DNA of 64,000 bases from positions 160,001-224,000 of the forward strand of contig RDOB01000003.1 in the NCBI GenBank assembly GCA_011364965.1. The letters are read 5' to 3'. Positions within the stretch are counted from its first letter, which is position 1; the number at the start of each line of letters is the position of its first letter. Position numbers and translations under genes: made by a program. The notes under the pieces are model-generated. The model was given only the letters and a program-made list of their open reading frames with translations, did not search any database and was not told the origin of the DNA. This DNA comes from Candidatus Heimdallarchaeota archaeon. Lineage in GTDB: Archaea > Asgardarchaeota > Heimdallarchaeia > Hodarchaeales > Hodarchaeaceae. Positions 19,978 to 29,796 of the stretch are shown here, piece by piece.

Positions 19978-20586
19978 TTAAAGTAAATCTAACGCCCCTT
20001 TGAGCTGAGCTTTCTCCTCTTCGGTAAGACCTGCCTCGCTAGGAGTTAACAAATCCGCTTCATCTGCTAACCTCATGGAAATTTGAAGGGATTTCTCAAG
20101 ATAGTAGCTAGCTTTCTCCTCCATGCGTTTATGCTTATAGGCAGTCGATATTATGTATAAACTAGTTGCCATTCCCTTTTCATAACCAATATCTTCAGCT
20201 ACCTCTAAAGCTTCCTCTGTAAAATCGAAAGCTTTTATGAAGTCTTTCCGTTCCATCGCTAAGACCCATGCTAAATTTAATAACGCTTCCGCAATACCTT
20301 TCTTGTAATTATGGGCTCTAGCAATAGCTAAAGATTCCGCAGTAATTTCTAAAAACTTATTAAAGGCATTATTCTTCCAATGGAATATTCCAAGTTGATT
20401 CTTAAGGTCTACTTCTGGTTGGATAAATGAGAGTTTTTCAGCATCTTTAAGTGATTTTTCTAGTAATTGTATCGCTTTTTTGAAAGCACCATCCTCAGCA
20501 ATTGATACTGCCTTCTTTATTACTCCCCTGAATTTGGCTAAGGTCTCAGGATCAATTGTTTTAGCTTCTCCAGACATTTTGTTCAC
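19978..20586 (-). CDS. TPR-like helical repeat protein
   Basis: Repeated A/SL.IA…..KG.A..L.N(L/I) MalT/TPR-type repeats. Confidence 0.8.
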   Translation of the reverse strand: MNKMSGEAKTIDPETLAKFRGVIKKAVSIAEDGAFKKAIQLLEKSLKDAEKLSFIQPEVDLKNQLGIFHWKNNAFNKFLEITAESLAIARAHNYKKGIAEALLNLAWVLAMERKDFIKAFDFTEEALEVAEDIGYEKGMATSLYIISTAYKHKRMEEKASYYLEKSLQISMRLADEADLLTPSEAGLTEEEKAQLKGALDLL

Positions 20587-20797
20587 TTAGGTAGCTCTTG
20601 TGTGTTTTAAAGGATGGATGGATTAATTTGAAGAACACTTCTGATACGATATATTCGCTTATCTCTCTAATTTAAGCTCTTCGTTTTTATTTTTTTCTCA
20701 AAGAAAAGAAAGTCTACAAATGTTAGCTTAATTTTCCTTTATAGGAATTCCCCTATCGCAAAGAAAACCTTTAGAACGGAAAAAAAATATTTAGATA

Positions 20798-21538
20798 TTG
20801 AGTAAATCTGCTGTAGCTGTTTTAATAATGAAATTAGAGGAAAATTATACACCAGGCCGATTCCTACAGCGTCCCAATCGATTTTTATCTATAGTCGAAA
20901 TCACAGCTGGAGAAAACTCTACTGAACACGTTAAGGCGCATGTTCCTGATCCAGGACGATTAAAGGAATTATTGATTCCAAACGCAGAAATAATTTTAAG
21001 AAAAAGTGATAATGTATCTAGAAAAACCAATTATTCCCTTGTAGGAGTAAAAAAAGGAAAAATATGGGTAAATATTGATTCACAAATAGCTAATAAACTC
21101 TTTTTATCAGATTTTATGCAGATCCCCTCTTTTCTAGAATACAAAATCATAAAATCCGAATTTACTTTTGGTAGAAGCAGAATAGATTTCCTTTTAGAAC
21201 ATCGAAAAATCCAAAAAAGAGCTTTATTAGAAATAAAAAGCGCTACTTTAGTGGAGAATGGAGTAGCTCTTTTTCCAGACGCCCCAACGGTAAGAGGAGT
21301 CAAACATCTTAATGAATTGATATCATCATTAGATACTGGGTATGAAGCTTTTGTGGTGTTTGTAATTAAAAGAGAAGATGCTATGTCTTTTACTCCAAAT
21401 GTAAAAACAGACCCCATATTTACAAAAACTCTTTTTAAAGCAATGAAAGCTGGAGTAAAGGTAATCACTGTCAAATGTTCTTATGACCCTATAATCAAGA
21501 GAGAACTTTCATTTAAAAACGAAATAGATTTTCTTTAA
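20798..21538 (+). CDS. sfsA: SfsA DNA/RNA nuclease (start may be ATG 20828)
   Basis: RPNRF, HVPDPGRLKEL, SRIDFLL, EIKSATL, FPDAPTVRG.KHL.EL. Confidence 0.95.
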   Translation: MSKSAVAVLIMKLEENYTPGRFLQRPNRFLSIVEITAGENSTEHVKAHVPDPGRLKELLIPNAEIILRKSDNVSRKTNYSLVGVKKGKIWVNIDSQIANKLFLSDFMQIPSFLEYKIIKSEFTFGRSRIDFLLEHRKIQKRALLEIKSATLVENGVALFPDAPTVRGVKHLNELISSLDTGYEAFVVFVIKREDAMSFTPNVKTDPIFTKTLFKAMKAGVKVITVKCSYDPIIKRELSFKNEIDFL

Positions 21539-21720
21539 AATAATATGTAGTAGTCAAAATCCATTTAAATTTACGGAATAAAACTCTCATTGCCTTATTT
21601 TTAGATATCAATAAAAAGTAATTAGATCAATCTCATCCATGGATATCTAGAAGAATAACATTTTGACTTCGCAGTTTTTAGCTTATATTGTTGTATTTGA
21701 ATTGTCAACCTGCGGGTAAC

Positions 21721-22824
21721 ATGATGAACTGGAGTCAAGTGATATTTCATATTGATCTTGATTCTTTCTTTGCTTCAGTTCACATAAAATATAACCCTTT
21801 TTTACAAGATTTACCAGTTATAATCGGCGCAGATCCCCGGAATGGAAACGGAAGGGGGGTTGTGTCAACTTGTTCATATGTAGCTCGAAAATATGGTATA
21901 CACTCAGCCATGCCCATCTCGCAAGCTTTTCGTCTTTGTCCAGAGGGAATATATGTATGCTCTGGAAAGCAGATCTCCTTTCCAACATATAATGAGGAAT
22001 CAATCAAAGTGATGGAAATTTTAGAATCATATGCAGATAAATTTCAACAGGCTGGAATAGATGAAGCTTACTTGGATGTGTCAGAATCGTGGAATAGATA
22101 TGGTTCGTCTCCTATGGCACTTGCAAAGATTATTCAAGATAGGATTTTTCATAAATTATCTCTTTCAGTTTCAATTGGCATTTCAGAAACAAAAAGTATA
22201 GCAAAAATAGCTTCGGATCTCGAGAAACCAAAAGGAATTACTTCAGTGCATAATTCCGAATTAGAAGAGAAAATCTATCATTTATCAGTAAGAAAAATCG
22301 TCGGAGTAGGTAAAAAAACTGAAAAAAGTCTTCAGAAGCTCGGAATAATAAATATCGGTCAAATCGCATCATTGTCCAGAATTAAAATCTATTCTTTGTT
22401 GGGAGACTATGGATTATATTTACAGAAGGTAGTTAAAGGCTTAAATGTTCGTGAGGTTGGATATTCCTCTTCAGAGCGTAAATCGATTGGATCCGAACGT
22501 ACATTTGGTAAGGATCAAAGTAATTGGCAATTAATTGAACAACGAGTTAATGAAACCATTCACAGGTTAATTGAAAATTTACATAAGAAAGAATTACTCT
22601 GTAGAACAATAACAATTAAAATTCGTTTTGAAGGATTTGATACCTATACCAGAAGCCATACTTATCGGAATTATATCAATAATGAAAATGTTATTCGAAA
22701 CACGGCAATGTTATTACTCCAGGAATATGTTCATTCATCAAAAAAAGTTCGATTGATCGGAGTACGGTTTTCTAATCTGAAAAGTTGTGAAAAACAAATG
22801 ATTTTAACTTCTTTTATAAATTAA
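21721..22824 (+). CDS. dinB: Y-family DNA polymerase IV (start likely ATG 21721)
   Basis: HIDLDSFFASV, STCSYVARKYGIHSAM, GIDEAYLD, AKIASD..KP.G; C-terminal PIP-like QMILTSFI. Confidence 0.95.
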   Translation: MMNWSQVIFHIDLDSFFASVHIKYNPFLQDLPVIIGADPRNGNGRGVVSTCSYVARKYGIHSAMPISQAFRLCPEGIYVCSGKQISFPTYNEESIKVMEILESYADKFQQAGIDEAYLDVSESWNRYGSSPMALAKIIQDRIFHKLSLSVSIGISETKSIAKIASDLEKPKGITSVHNSELEEKIYHLSVRKIVGVGKKTEKSLQKLGIINIGQIASLSRIKIYSLLGDYGLYLQKVVKGLNVREVGYSSSERKSIGSERTFGKDQSNWQLIEQRVNETIHRLIENLHKKELLCRTITIKIRFEGFDTYTRSHTYRNYINNENVIRNTAMLLLQEYVHSSKKVRLIGVRFSNLKSCEKQMILTSFIN

Positions 22825-22961
22825 GCCCGAAATTCCTATCTAGTACTCGGATAACATAAAAATCCAAATAAGAAGGTTAAAATTATCTGATCGATAAAGA
22901 TAGGGTATAATGTCATTTAACCCTTCCAAGTATCAGATTAAGTAAATGAGGATGAATTCCC

Positions 22962-24539
22962 ATGGTTTATCGATTAACCAAGATGAAAACGAGAACAAAG
23001 ATATTATTTTTTATTATAATCTGGCTATTTTCTGCTTTTTGCGCAGTCCTAGGGTCAATGTTTATTGCCACTGCTATTATTCTGCCAAATACTCCTTATG
23101 AAATTACAAGAAATCCTGTTATTTCAGAAATTCGGCAACAGATGGGACCACTGATCTTTTTAGGATACTGGGATCAAGAAAATGGAATTTATTACCCAAA
23201 CATAACTATTGCTGATGATGGAGAACGTGTTTACGCTCTGACTGATACTGGTCTAAGAATTGAAAATTTTAGATTTTGGTTTGTTGAAGAAGTCAGACAA
23301 AACGGATCGATAGTATATTTTATGGGAGATCCAGATGCTACCGATAACTGGGGAAAACTTGAATTCTACAGTTACTTGGGAGTGATTTGGGAAATTGAGG
23401 CAAAACCTGAGCATATAAATGTCAATTTTAGAACAAAAGAAATTGGATTAAAATATAGGCCAGGTGAGAATTACCCTATATATAAAAGAATAATTGATGC
23501 TCCAGTAGGATCAGAAATTCCCGAAAAACCAGAATTTATTGGAGATTATTTTATTGTTCAAACACGGGGAGTATTGCAATGGTTATCACGGATTATATCG
23601 GATATTTACAATAACCTCCTTGGCGAGTTTCTATTCATTGGTCGAACTCTTCTTACAACTGTAGCAATAGGGGGAGGTATAGGAATTCTTATGGCCTTTT
23701 TTCTTATTATTACTAAATTAGCGCATATATTTGGAGGACAGAGATGGACCTTTTATTTGTTGAAATCTCTTAACGGAAAATTAGGAAAACTAGTCCGATT
23801 TATCCCATTTTTCGACTTTAATGGGGAATTTTTTGTTGAAGAACGATTTGTCGACATTATTGATCTTTCAACAGTAAGATCAACCTTCAGGGAGCTTTTC
23901 AAACAACGATGGTATGATATGATATTTTTTCCAACTGCACTGGCCTCCATCCTAACGATTTTCTTTGTCCAAAATTATCCTGGAGAGGATAAAATTGAAG
24001 CGTTAGCTCTAAGTCCACTAATCTCTCCCATTGTATTAATTTTACTCCTAGTTTACTTCCCAGCCATTTGGGCATATAATGAAGGAGGATTTAAACGGTT
24101 AGAAATCTCTCCCCAAGGAGATATTATTGCTGTAAAACCTTTAGGGAAAATTCTGAGAGATGGATTGGGAATCGTGGTAGGATTTTCTGGTATTATTTCT
24201 CTTGGAGCCTTAGCTGTAGAAGTTACACAAGCAATAGCCAAATATCCAAAATCCACTGGTCAAATAGAAGTTGCAGGGTTCACTTTTGATATTTTTGGGT
24301 TAATTCTCCTAGGTTTTTGGACTATAGGATTATTTCTCCTTCTTTTGGGTTCCATTATTGTTGGATCTTCTTTATTAGCAGCTAATTACCTCCAGTCAGC
24401 TCATCTAGAAACAATTGAAAATATCCGAAAAAGATCTGAAAAGGAAGACCTAATTACCAATTGGGGTTCTGTTTCCTACCAATTTAAACCAAAAGCAGCA
24501 GAAACCATTTATATGAAAGGTGATGAACAAAATCAATGA
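22962..24539 (+). CDS. Multi-pass membrane protein of unknown function with an N-terminal extracellular domain
   Basis: 525-aa ORF, GAGGA SD, one N-terminal TM and about 5 further TMs. Confidence 0.75.
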   Translation: MVYRLTKMKTRTKILFFIIIWLFSAFCAVLGSMFIATAIILPNTPYEITRNPVISEIRQQMGPLIFLGYWDQENGIYYPNITIADDGERVYALTDTGLRIENFRFWFVEEVRQNGSIVYFMGDPDATDNWGKLEFYSYLGVIWEIEAKPEHINVNFRTKEIGLKYRPGENYPIYKRIIDAPVGSEIPEKPEFIGDYFIVQTRGVLQWLSRIISDIYNNLLGEFLFIGRTLLTTVAIGGGIGILMAFFLIITKLAHIFGGQRWTFYLLKSLNGKLGKLVRFIPFFDFNGEFFVEERFVDIIDLSTVRSTFRELFKQRWYDMIFFPTALASILTIFFVQNYPGEDKIEALALSPLISPIVLILLLVYFPAIWAYNEGGFKRLEISPQGDIIAVKPLGKILRDGLGIVVGFSGIISLGALAVEVTQAIAKYPKSTGQIEVAGFTFDIFGLILLGFWTIGLFLLLLGSIIVGSSLLAANYLQSAHLETIENIRKRSEKEDLITNWGSVSYQFKPKAAETIYMKGDEQNQ

Positions 24540-24649
24540 AGCTTCTCATCAATTCTCCCTTTAACTTTCTCTACTGAAAGTCACATATACGACTCTCAAA
24601 ACCTAGTCAATTTATAACTTTAAAGATTAGTGGAATATGGGATTAAAGA

Positions 24650-25183
24650 GTGATCAGAAAGGAAGACATTACAGCACTCCAGCAGGAATACGCAAATCTT
24701 GATTCACACGATTACTCAAGTATTTATGAGTATGTAACAAAAGTAATTAGGTATTTTTTGAACAGATCACGGTATGGCATCTTACTTGGATTGGTTGAAC
24801 TCGGATATAATCAAGGAAATTTCGTTGGAGGTTTTCATTTAGTGGGTACAAATGAAATTTATCTCAATAAATCCGCTCTAAGAGTGATGCGTAATGAGAC
24901 AACTTTCGAGCTCTACCAAGCATATTTATTCCATTTATTGCTTCACGAAAGTATCCATGCAATAGGAATTACAAACGAAGGAAAAACACGCGACCTAGTT
25001 CGCAAAATATCTCTCTCACTTTTTGGTTCACGGCATCCGGTAGGGAGATTAGCGATTTTTGGCTTAGGAGCATATTTTCCATATACTTTCAGAGATGAAC
25101 GTTTTGATACAGATTCCCATGAAATCAGAAATCCCGAATATATATTGCTGCGACATCGAGAGAGCGAATTGACTTATATCTAA
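24650..25183 (+). CDS. Small zincin-like (HExxH) metalloprotein
   Basis: LLLHESIHAIG…E motif. Confidence 0.7.
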   Translation: MIRKEDITALQQEYANLDSHDYSSIYEYVTKVIRYFLNRSRYGILLGLVELGYNQGNFVGGFHLVGTNEIYLNKSALRVMRNETTFELYQAYLFHLLLHESIHAIGITNEGKTRDLVRKISLSLFGSRHPVGRLAIFGLGAYFPYTFRDERFDTDSHEIRNPEYILLRHRESELTYI

Positions 25184-26355
25184 AGTTTTTTTTCTCTACT
25201 GAGAAATTTCACTGCAGCATTAGCTAGAATTGCTGTTCCGATATACAATACTGAATCATCTATATCAAAATCGGGTGCATGATGTGAAGTAGCGGGATTT
25301 AATTGAACCCCTAAGTAGTAAAAAGCACCTGGGATGGAATCTGAAAAAACTGAAAAATCCTCAGCTCCCATTCCTAATCCTCCTTCAATAATCTTTTCTG
25401 TAGGGAGAATTTCTATAGCAACCTCTCGAAGAAGAGTAACCAATTCGCTATGATTATTAATGGAAGGATAACCCTTAATAATTTTCAATCGATAATTTCC
25501 CCCGAAATTACGAGAAAGCTGAAATGCTCGTTCTAAATCCTTTTGCAGTATTGAACGGACAGATGGATTTAATGAACGGATGGTTCCGTCTAATTCAACT
25601 TTGGGAGGTATGATATTGGCTGCTGTTCCACCGTGAATTTTACCAAAAGATATCACTGCGGGTTCCAAGGGGTCAATTCGTCGACTAATTACTGCTTGAA
25701 CTGCATTAATTACCTGAGCACTAATAAAGATAGGATCAATTCCTAAATGAGGATACGCGCCGTGACAACCTTTTCCTGTGATCTCACCCGAAAAAGTATC
25801 AACAGCAGCAGAAAAATATCCTGATTTTATTTGAAAGACTCCTGATTCTAACTCTGCATTGACATGTTGCCCGATAATAGCATCCACCCCATCCAGTACG
25901 CCATCCTTTAGCATTGCATCGGCACCTCCAACTCCATCTTTATCTTGACCTTCCTCAAAAGGTTGAAAAATAAATTTTATTGACCCTTCAGAGAGATTGA
26001 CCCCTGCTAATAATTTCGCCACTCCTAGTAACATCGCCATATGAGCATCATGACCACATGCGTGCATTACACCTGGAACTTTTGAAGCATATTCAACAGT
26101 TTTTATATCATGAATAGGTAAGGCATCCATATCTGCGCGTAAAGCAATACAGGGGTTTCCCTCACCTAATATTCCTACAAGTCCGGTTCTTCCGATATTT
26201 CGTTGAACTTCAACCCCGAATTCCTCCAAGAGGCTTGAAATATACTCTGCTGTCTTATATTCATTAAATCCTAGTTCAGGATACTGATGAAAATGACGTC
26301 TCCACCCAATGATTGAAGATGAAAGCTCCTTACTCTGTTCTAAAATCGATACCAT
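25180..26355 (-). CDS. M20 family amidohydrolase
   Basis: RRHFHQYPELG, LRADMDALP, MHACGHDAH, FQP.EEG, AEDFS, HH.PDF. Confidence 0.95.
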   Translation of the reverse strand: MVSILEQSKELSSSIIGWRRHFHQYPELGFNEYKTAEYISSLLEEFGVEVQRNIGRTGLVGILGEGNPCIALRADMDALPIHDIKTVEYASKVPGVMHACGHDAHMAMLLGVAKLLAGVNLSEGSIKFIFQPFEEGQDKDGVGGADAMLKDGVLDGVDAIIGQHVNAELESGVFQIKSGYFSAAVDTFSGEITGKGCHGAYPHLGIDPIFISAQVINAVQAVISRRIDPLEPAVISFGKIHGGTAANIIPPKVELDGTIRSLNPSVRSILQKDLERAFQLSRNFGGNYRLKIIKGYPSINNHSELVTLLREVAIEILPTEKIIEGGLGMGAEDFSVFSDSIPGAFYYLGVQLNPATSHHAPDFDIDDSVLYIGTAILANAAVKFLSREKKL

Positions 26356-26459
26356 TTTAATCCCACTATATCATTTAATAAATAAACCCATCTGGTAGGA
26401 CTTAAATCATTTAATCCTAGAACTACATATGGACATAAAAACAAATAGGTGAGAATTAT

Positions 26460-26687
26460 ATGAAGAAAATAGGTGGATTAGCGAAAGGAGTAGGCAAAGA
26501 AGCATTAAATACGGCATTAAATGCTGCAGTTAAAGAAATTATCAATGAAACAGGCGCAAAAGAAATTGCAAAAGAACGATTGCTTGAAGCAGGGAAAAAG
26601 ATCATGGGTGATACAAATATCCCCACGAAGGAAAAAATGCAGAAAGAGTTACTAAAAACTCTCATTAAAAAAGAACTGGGACTATAA
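26460..26687 (+). CDS. Small Lys/Glu/Ala-rich amphipathic helical protein
   Basis: GGTGAG SD before ATG; 75 aa with a biased helical composition. Confidence 0.65.
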   Translation: MKKIGGLAKGVGKEALNTALNAAVKEIINETGAKEIAKERLLEAGKKIMGDTNIPTKEKMQKELLKTLIKKELGL

Positions 26688-26840
26688 TTCCAATAAAAAA
26701 ATTAGTCAACTCATTTAGAGCAAGAGAGAGTAATATTCTTAAGCTACTGATCAAGGTTTATATGTTCCTTTTATTATTCTAATCGCAAGCTAGTTCTGTA
26801 AATAAGCAAAACCAAATATTGAAGAACAAAAAGAAGGAAC

Positions 26841-28073
26841 TTAGATTTTTCCTTCTTTTACATCCTGAAGGAACTTTCTAGCAGAATAAATTTCATCCTT
26901 AGTCTTTGAAATTTGCTCTTTAATCTCGGGAAGGACGCTTTTCTCTCCAATCATACCTGAGACAGTACTATATAAATCATCAATTATAATACTATTTGCT
27001 ACAATTACTTTACTAAGCTCATCAACCTGAATACGTTTTTCTCGATCTCTCAAGATACTTCCCAGTTCCTCTAAAAACGCAGTTTGGACACCAATCAGCC
27101 CGAGCTGTATGCTCTCCTCGACTCTTCTGGGAAGATCCACCTTTACTTTTTCTTGTTTATGCTGACGTATTTTATTTTCTAACCACGATTTTATCATTAC
27201 GATCTCAGGGATACCTGAAAGATCTGGTAATTGTCTATCCTTAGGAAAACGCCATTCATGTTGAAGCTGACTAATTAAATCTGATGTTTTAGCTTTTATC
27301 ATTCGCGATAGAGAGTATTCAACAGAGCTTATTATCAACCGATCCATGTTTAACACCAGTGCACGAAAAATGTCATTCAACTGGCCCCATTTGTTTTTGT
27401 TTTCAGGAAGAGTCAGCTCAAGTATACGAGTGGGAAAATACTCGATAATCTTGGAAATCAACCGAAATTCATCATCAATTTTAGATAATCGGCCCGAAGA
27501 TGACACCTCGATTTGTTTCCAATATGGAGGATTAATTTTTATATCACGAATGAGGGTGAACAGATACCTTTGAGGATCATTAATTCTAGAAAGAGAAATT
27601 TGAGATTTAAAATTGATCTTATGTCCTCGGTTATGGATAATTTCTCTATATTCTTGGCGAGCTCGTTTCTCGATTCCCAAGGCGCCAACTAAGAGAATTC
27701 CATATTTCATATCATTAATATTAATTCGAAATTCTTTATCGAACTTTATATCAACAGGTAGCTTTCTATCCCAATCTAAACCGTCTTTACCACGGATAGA
27801 GATATCTTTGCCTTTGGAGTAAAATATAAGTTCATGGTTTCCAATTTGCTGGAACGTAATACCGTCAGAGGCCACAGGAGTAAATTTCACATAGTCATCG
27901 TTGAATTGCTGATATAATAAATGGAAAAGCTCACTCTTACCGAATCCTCGTGGCCCCAGAATCATTAATGGAAGTTTTATTTTACCCTGAAAGAGCTCAA
28001 AATACCCCAGCTCACCATGAATGGAAAATAAGGGAGTTGGAGTCAATTTACGCTCAAGGTGTATCACGAACAA
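26841..28073 (-). CDS. Divergent P-loop NTPase (GTPase-like N-terminus) with a helical C-terminal half
   Basis: LMILGPRGFGKS Walker A after a hydrophobic strand; coiled-coil-like C-terminus. Confidence 0.7.
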   Translation of the reverse strand: MFVIHLERKLTPTPLFSIHGELGYFELFQGKIKLPLMILGPRGFGKSELFHLLYQQFNDDYVKFTPVASDGITFQQIGNHELIFYSKGKDISIRGKDGLDWDRKLPVDIKFDKEFRININDMKYGILLVGALGIEKRARQEYREIIHNRGHKINFKSQISLSRINDPQRYLFTLIRDIKINPPYWKQIEVSSSGRLSKIDDEFRLISKIIEYFPTRILELTLPENKNKWGQLNDIFRALVLNMDRLIISSVEYSLSRMIKAKTSDLISQLQHEWRFPKDRQLPDLSGIPEIVMIKSWLENKIRQHKQEKVKVDLPRRVEESIQLGLIGVQTAFLEELGSILRDREKRIQVDELSKVIVANSIIIDDLYSTVSGMIGEKSVLPEIKEQISKTKDEIYSARKFLQDVKEGKI

Positions 28074-28077
28074 TCAT

Positions 28078-28093
28078 TCCTATGAGCATAGGA
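28078..28093. promoter_or_regulatory. Palindrome TCCTATG-AG-CATAGGA overlapping the ribosome-binding region of the P-loop gene
   Basis: Perfect 7-bp arms ending 5 nt upstream of the start codon. Confidence 0.45.
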
Positions 28094-28185
28094 TTTTGAA
28101 AATTTAAAAGTTTTACATTATACTGAATGAAAAAAGGAAGGAGATGAGATCTTAGAATATATTCAAGATACTCCCTTAATTTTTT

Positions 28186-29439
28186 CTAACTTTGAAGCAC
28201 AGGATTGGCTTTTGAAGATGTAATGTTCAACTGCAATGCAAGATATCCGAAAATCACCAGAATCATACAAAGACCACAAAAAGCTAATGTTGAATCCCGC
28301 GAGAAAGCGAAAATTTCGAATACAAATGTTAAAGCTATATACACAAGCGATCCAGTAAATGAGATAATAGAGCTAAATGTGGCTCTAACGTTTGAAGCTA
28401 TTTTCTGCTGCAAATATGACTGCATTAGCGGCGTTCGAATGCCCCGAGTTACTTGAGTAGATAATGAAATAATAAAAACTCCGAAGAGATTTGGCATTGC
28501 TATCAAAGCCCACAAATAACTCATATCAATGACGAGGATAAAGAAAAAACTGTAAGCATAAGAAAATATCCCAATTTTGCTTCGAATTAGCATTGAGCTT
28601 GTTGCTGCTACAATATTAAAGCCAGAAAGAATAAAACCCATTTGCAAAGGCGTAATGAAAAAATCATCTACGAATCGATGTTGGACAGCCCAAAAACCAA
28701 TTTTACCGAAAACTATACCTGTTAAGCTGAAAATTATGATTAACTTAAGCTCATTATTCCTAAATAAACCATTCAACGCATTTCCGATAGCAATTTTGGG
28801 AGACTTTGCTTTCATGCAAGGGGGTTCCCTATAACCAAAATATACTAGAATTGCTTGTAAAATATGACCTAAAAACGCGAAAAATATCGGCAAACGGATT
28901 AAGGTAAAAGTTGCTATGTAACCACCTAAAATAGCTCCAATAGCTGCTCCTACAAACGTTATTGTCATCCTCTGGGACATTATTTGGCCAAATAATCGAT
29001 CTACATCTTTTTGTTTCTGGATTAATAATGAATCATAGATAAGAGCGGTATCGCTTCCAGTTGCAAACGCAAGTCCGATTCCAGCAACGATTTCTGCCAT
29101 TGCAAATGCCAGGAACGTGTTTCCAAATGCATATAACAACATAGCTAAACCAAAGAATCCATGAAAGATAGTAAGTGATCCTTTTCGACTCCAATAATCG
29201 GCAATTGACCCGCTAGGTACTTCCAAAAGTAATAGGGGCAAAACAAATAGTCCTTGAAGGAAAATCATTTCATGGAAGTGCAAACCAGCTTCTTGCCAGA
29301 GTAAGACAATTACTGGTACCAATAAAACTGTGATATCTATCGCAGTTATTTGAAAGATATGAATATTTCTCTTAATATCACTTGATGTAAATTCAGCTCT
29401 TTCTTCAGTTAATTGATTCATCAGAGACATTCTGAACAC
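28186..29439 (-). CDS. MFS transporter
   Basis: LEVPSGSIADYWSRK, TGSDTALIYDSL, RATFSS; about 12 TMs. Confidence 0.92.
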   Translation of the reverse strand: MFRMSLMNQLTEERAEFTSSDIKRNIHIFQITAIDITVLLVPVIVLLWQEAGLHFHEMIFLQGLFVLPLLLLEVPSGSIADYWSRKGSLTIFHGFFGLAMLLYAFGNTFLAFAMAEIVAGIGLAFATGSDTALIYDSLLIQKQKDVDRLFGQIMSQRMTITFVGAAIGAILGGYIATFTLIRLPIFFAFLGHILQAILVYFGYREPPCMKAKSPKIAIGNALNGLFRNNELKLIIIFSLTGIVFGKIGFWAVQHRFVDDFFITPLQMGFILSGFNIVAATSSMLIRSKIGIFSYAYSFFFILVIDMSYLWALIAMPNLFGVFIISLSTQVTRGIRTPLMQSYLQQKIASNVRATFSSIISFTGSLVYIALTFVFEIFAFSRDSTLAFCGLCMILVIFGYLALQLNITSSKANPVLQS

Positions 29440-29796
29440 AACTTATTACTCATAAAATAATAATTTTAATATTTATTTAGATTATCACCTTCTAACCACA
29501 AATAAAACTAAAAGCAGTGGCATAATCACCATTTAAAGGTGTCATATAAGATTTAAGGAAGATTTGGATGCTGAAGACGAGCAAAAACATTATGGTTGGA
29601 ATGGCAACAAAATCTTCACAAAAAAATTAGGCGTACACGATACCGGGTGTGACGAGTGCCATAAAATTGACACAAGATGTCGCATTTAGACTCATCATCA
29701 ATAATTCCAACCTATTTTTCTCCTTATTCATTTCCTCTTATAAATTTATATTTCGAGGTAATGATCATTTTAGAAAGAAAACCTCCCCTAGATAGA

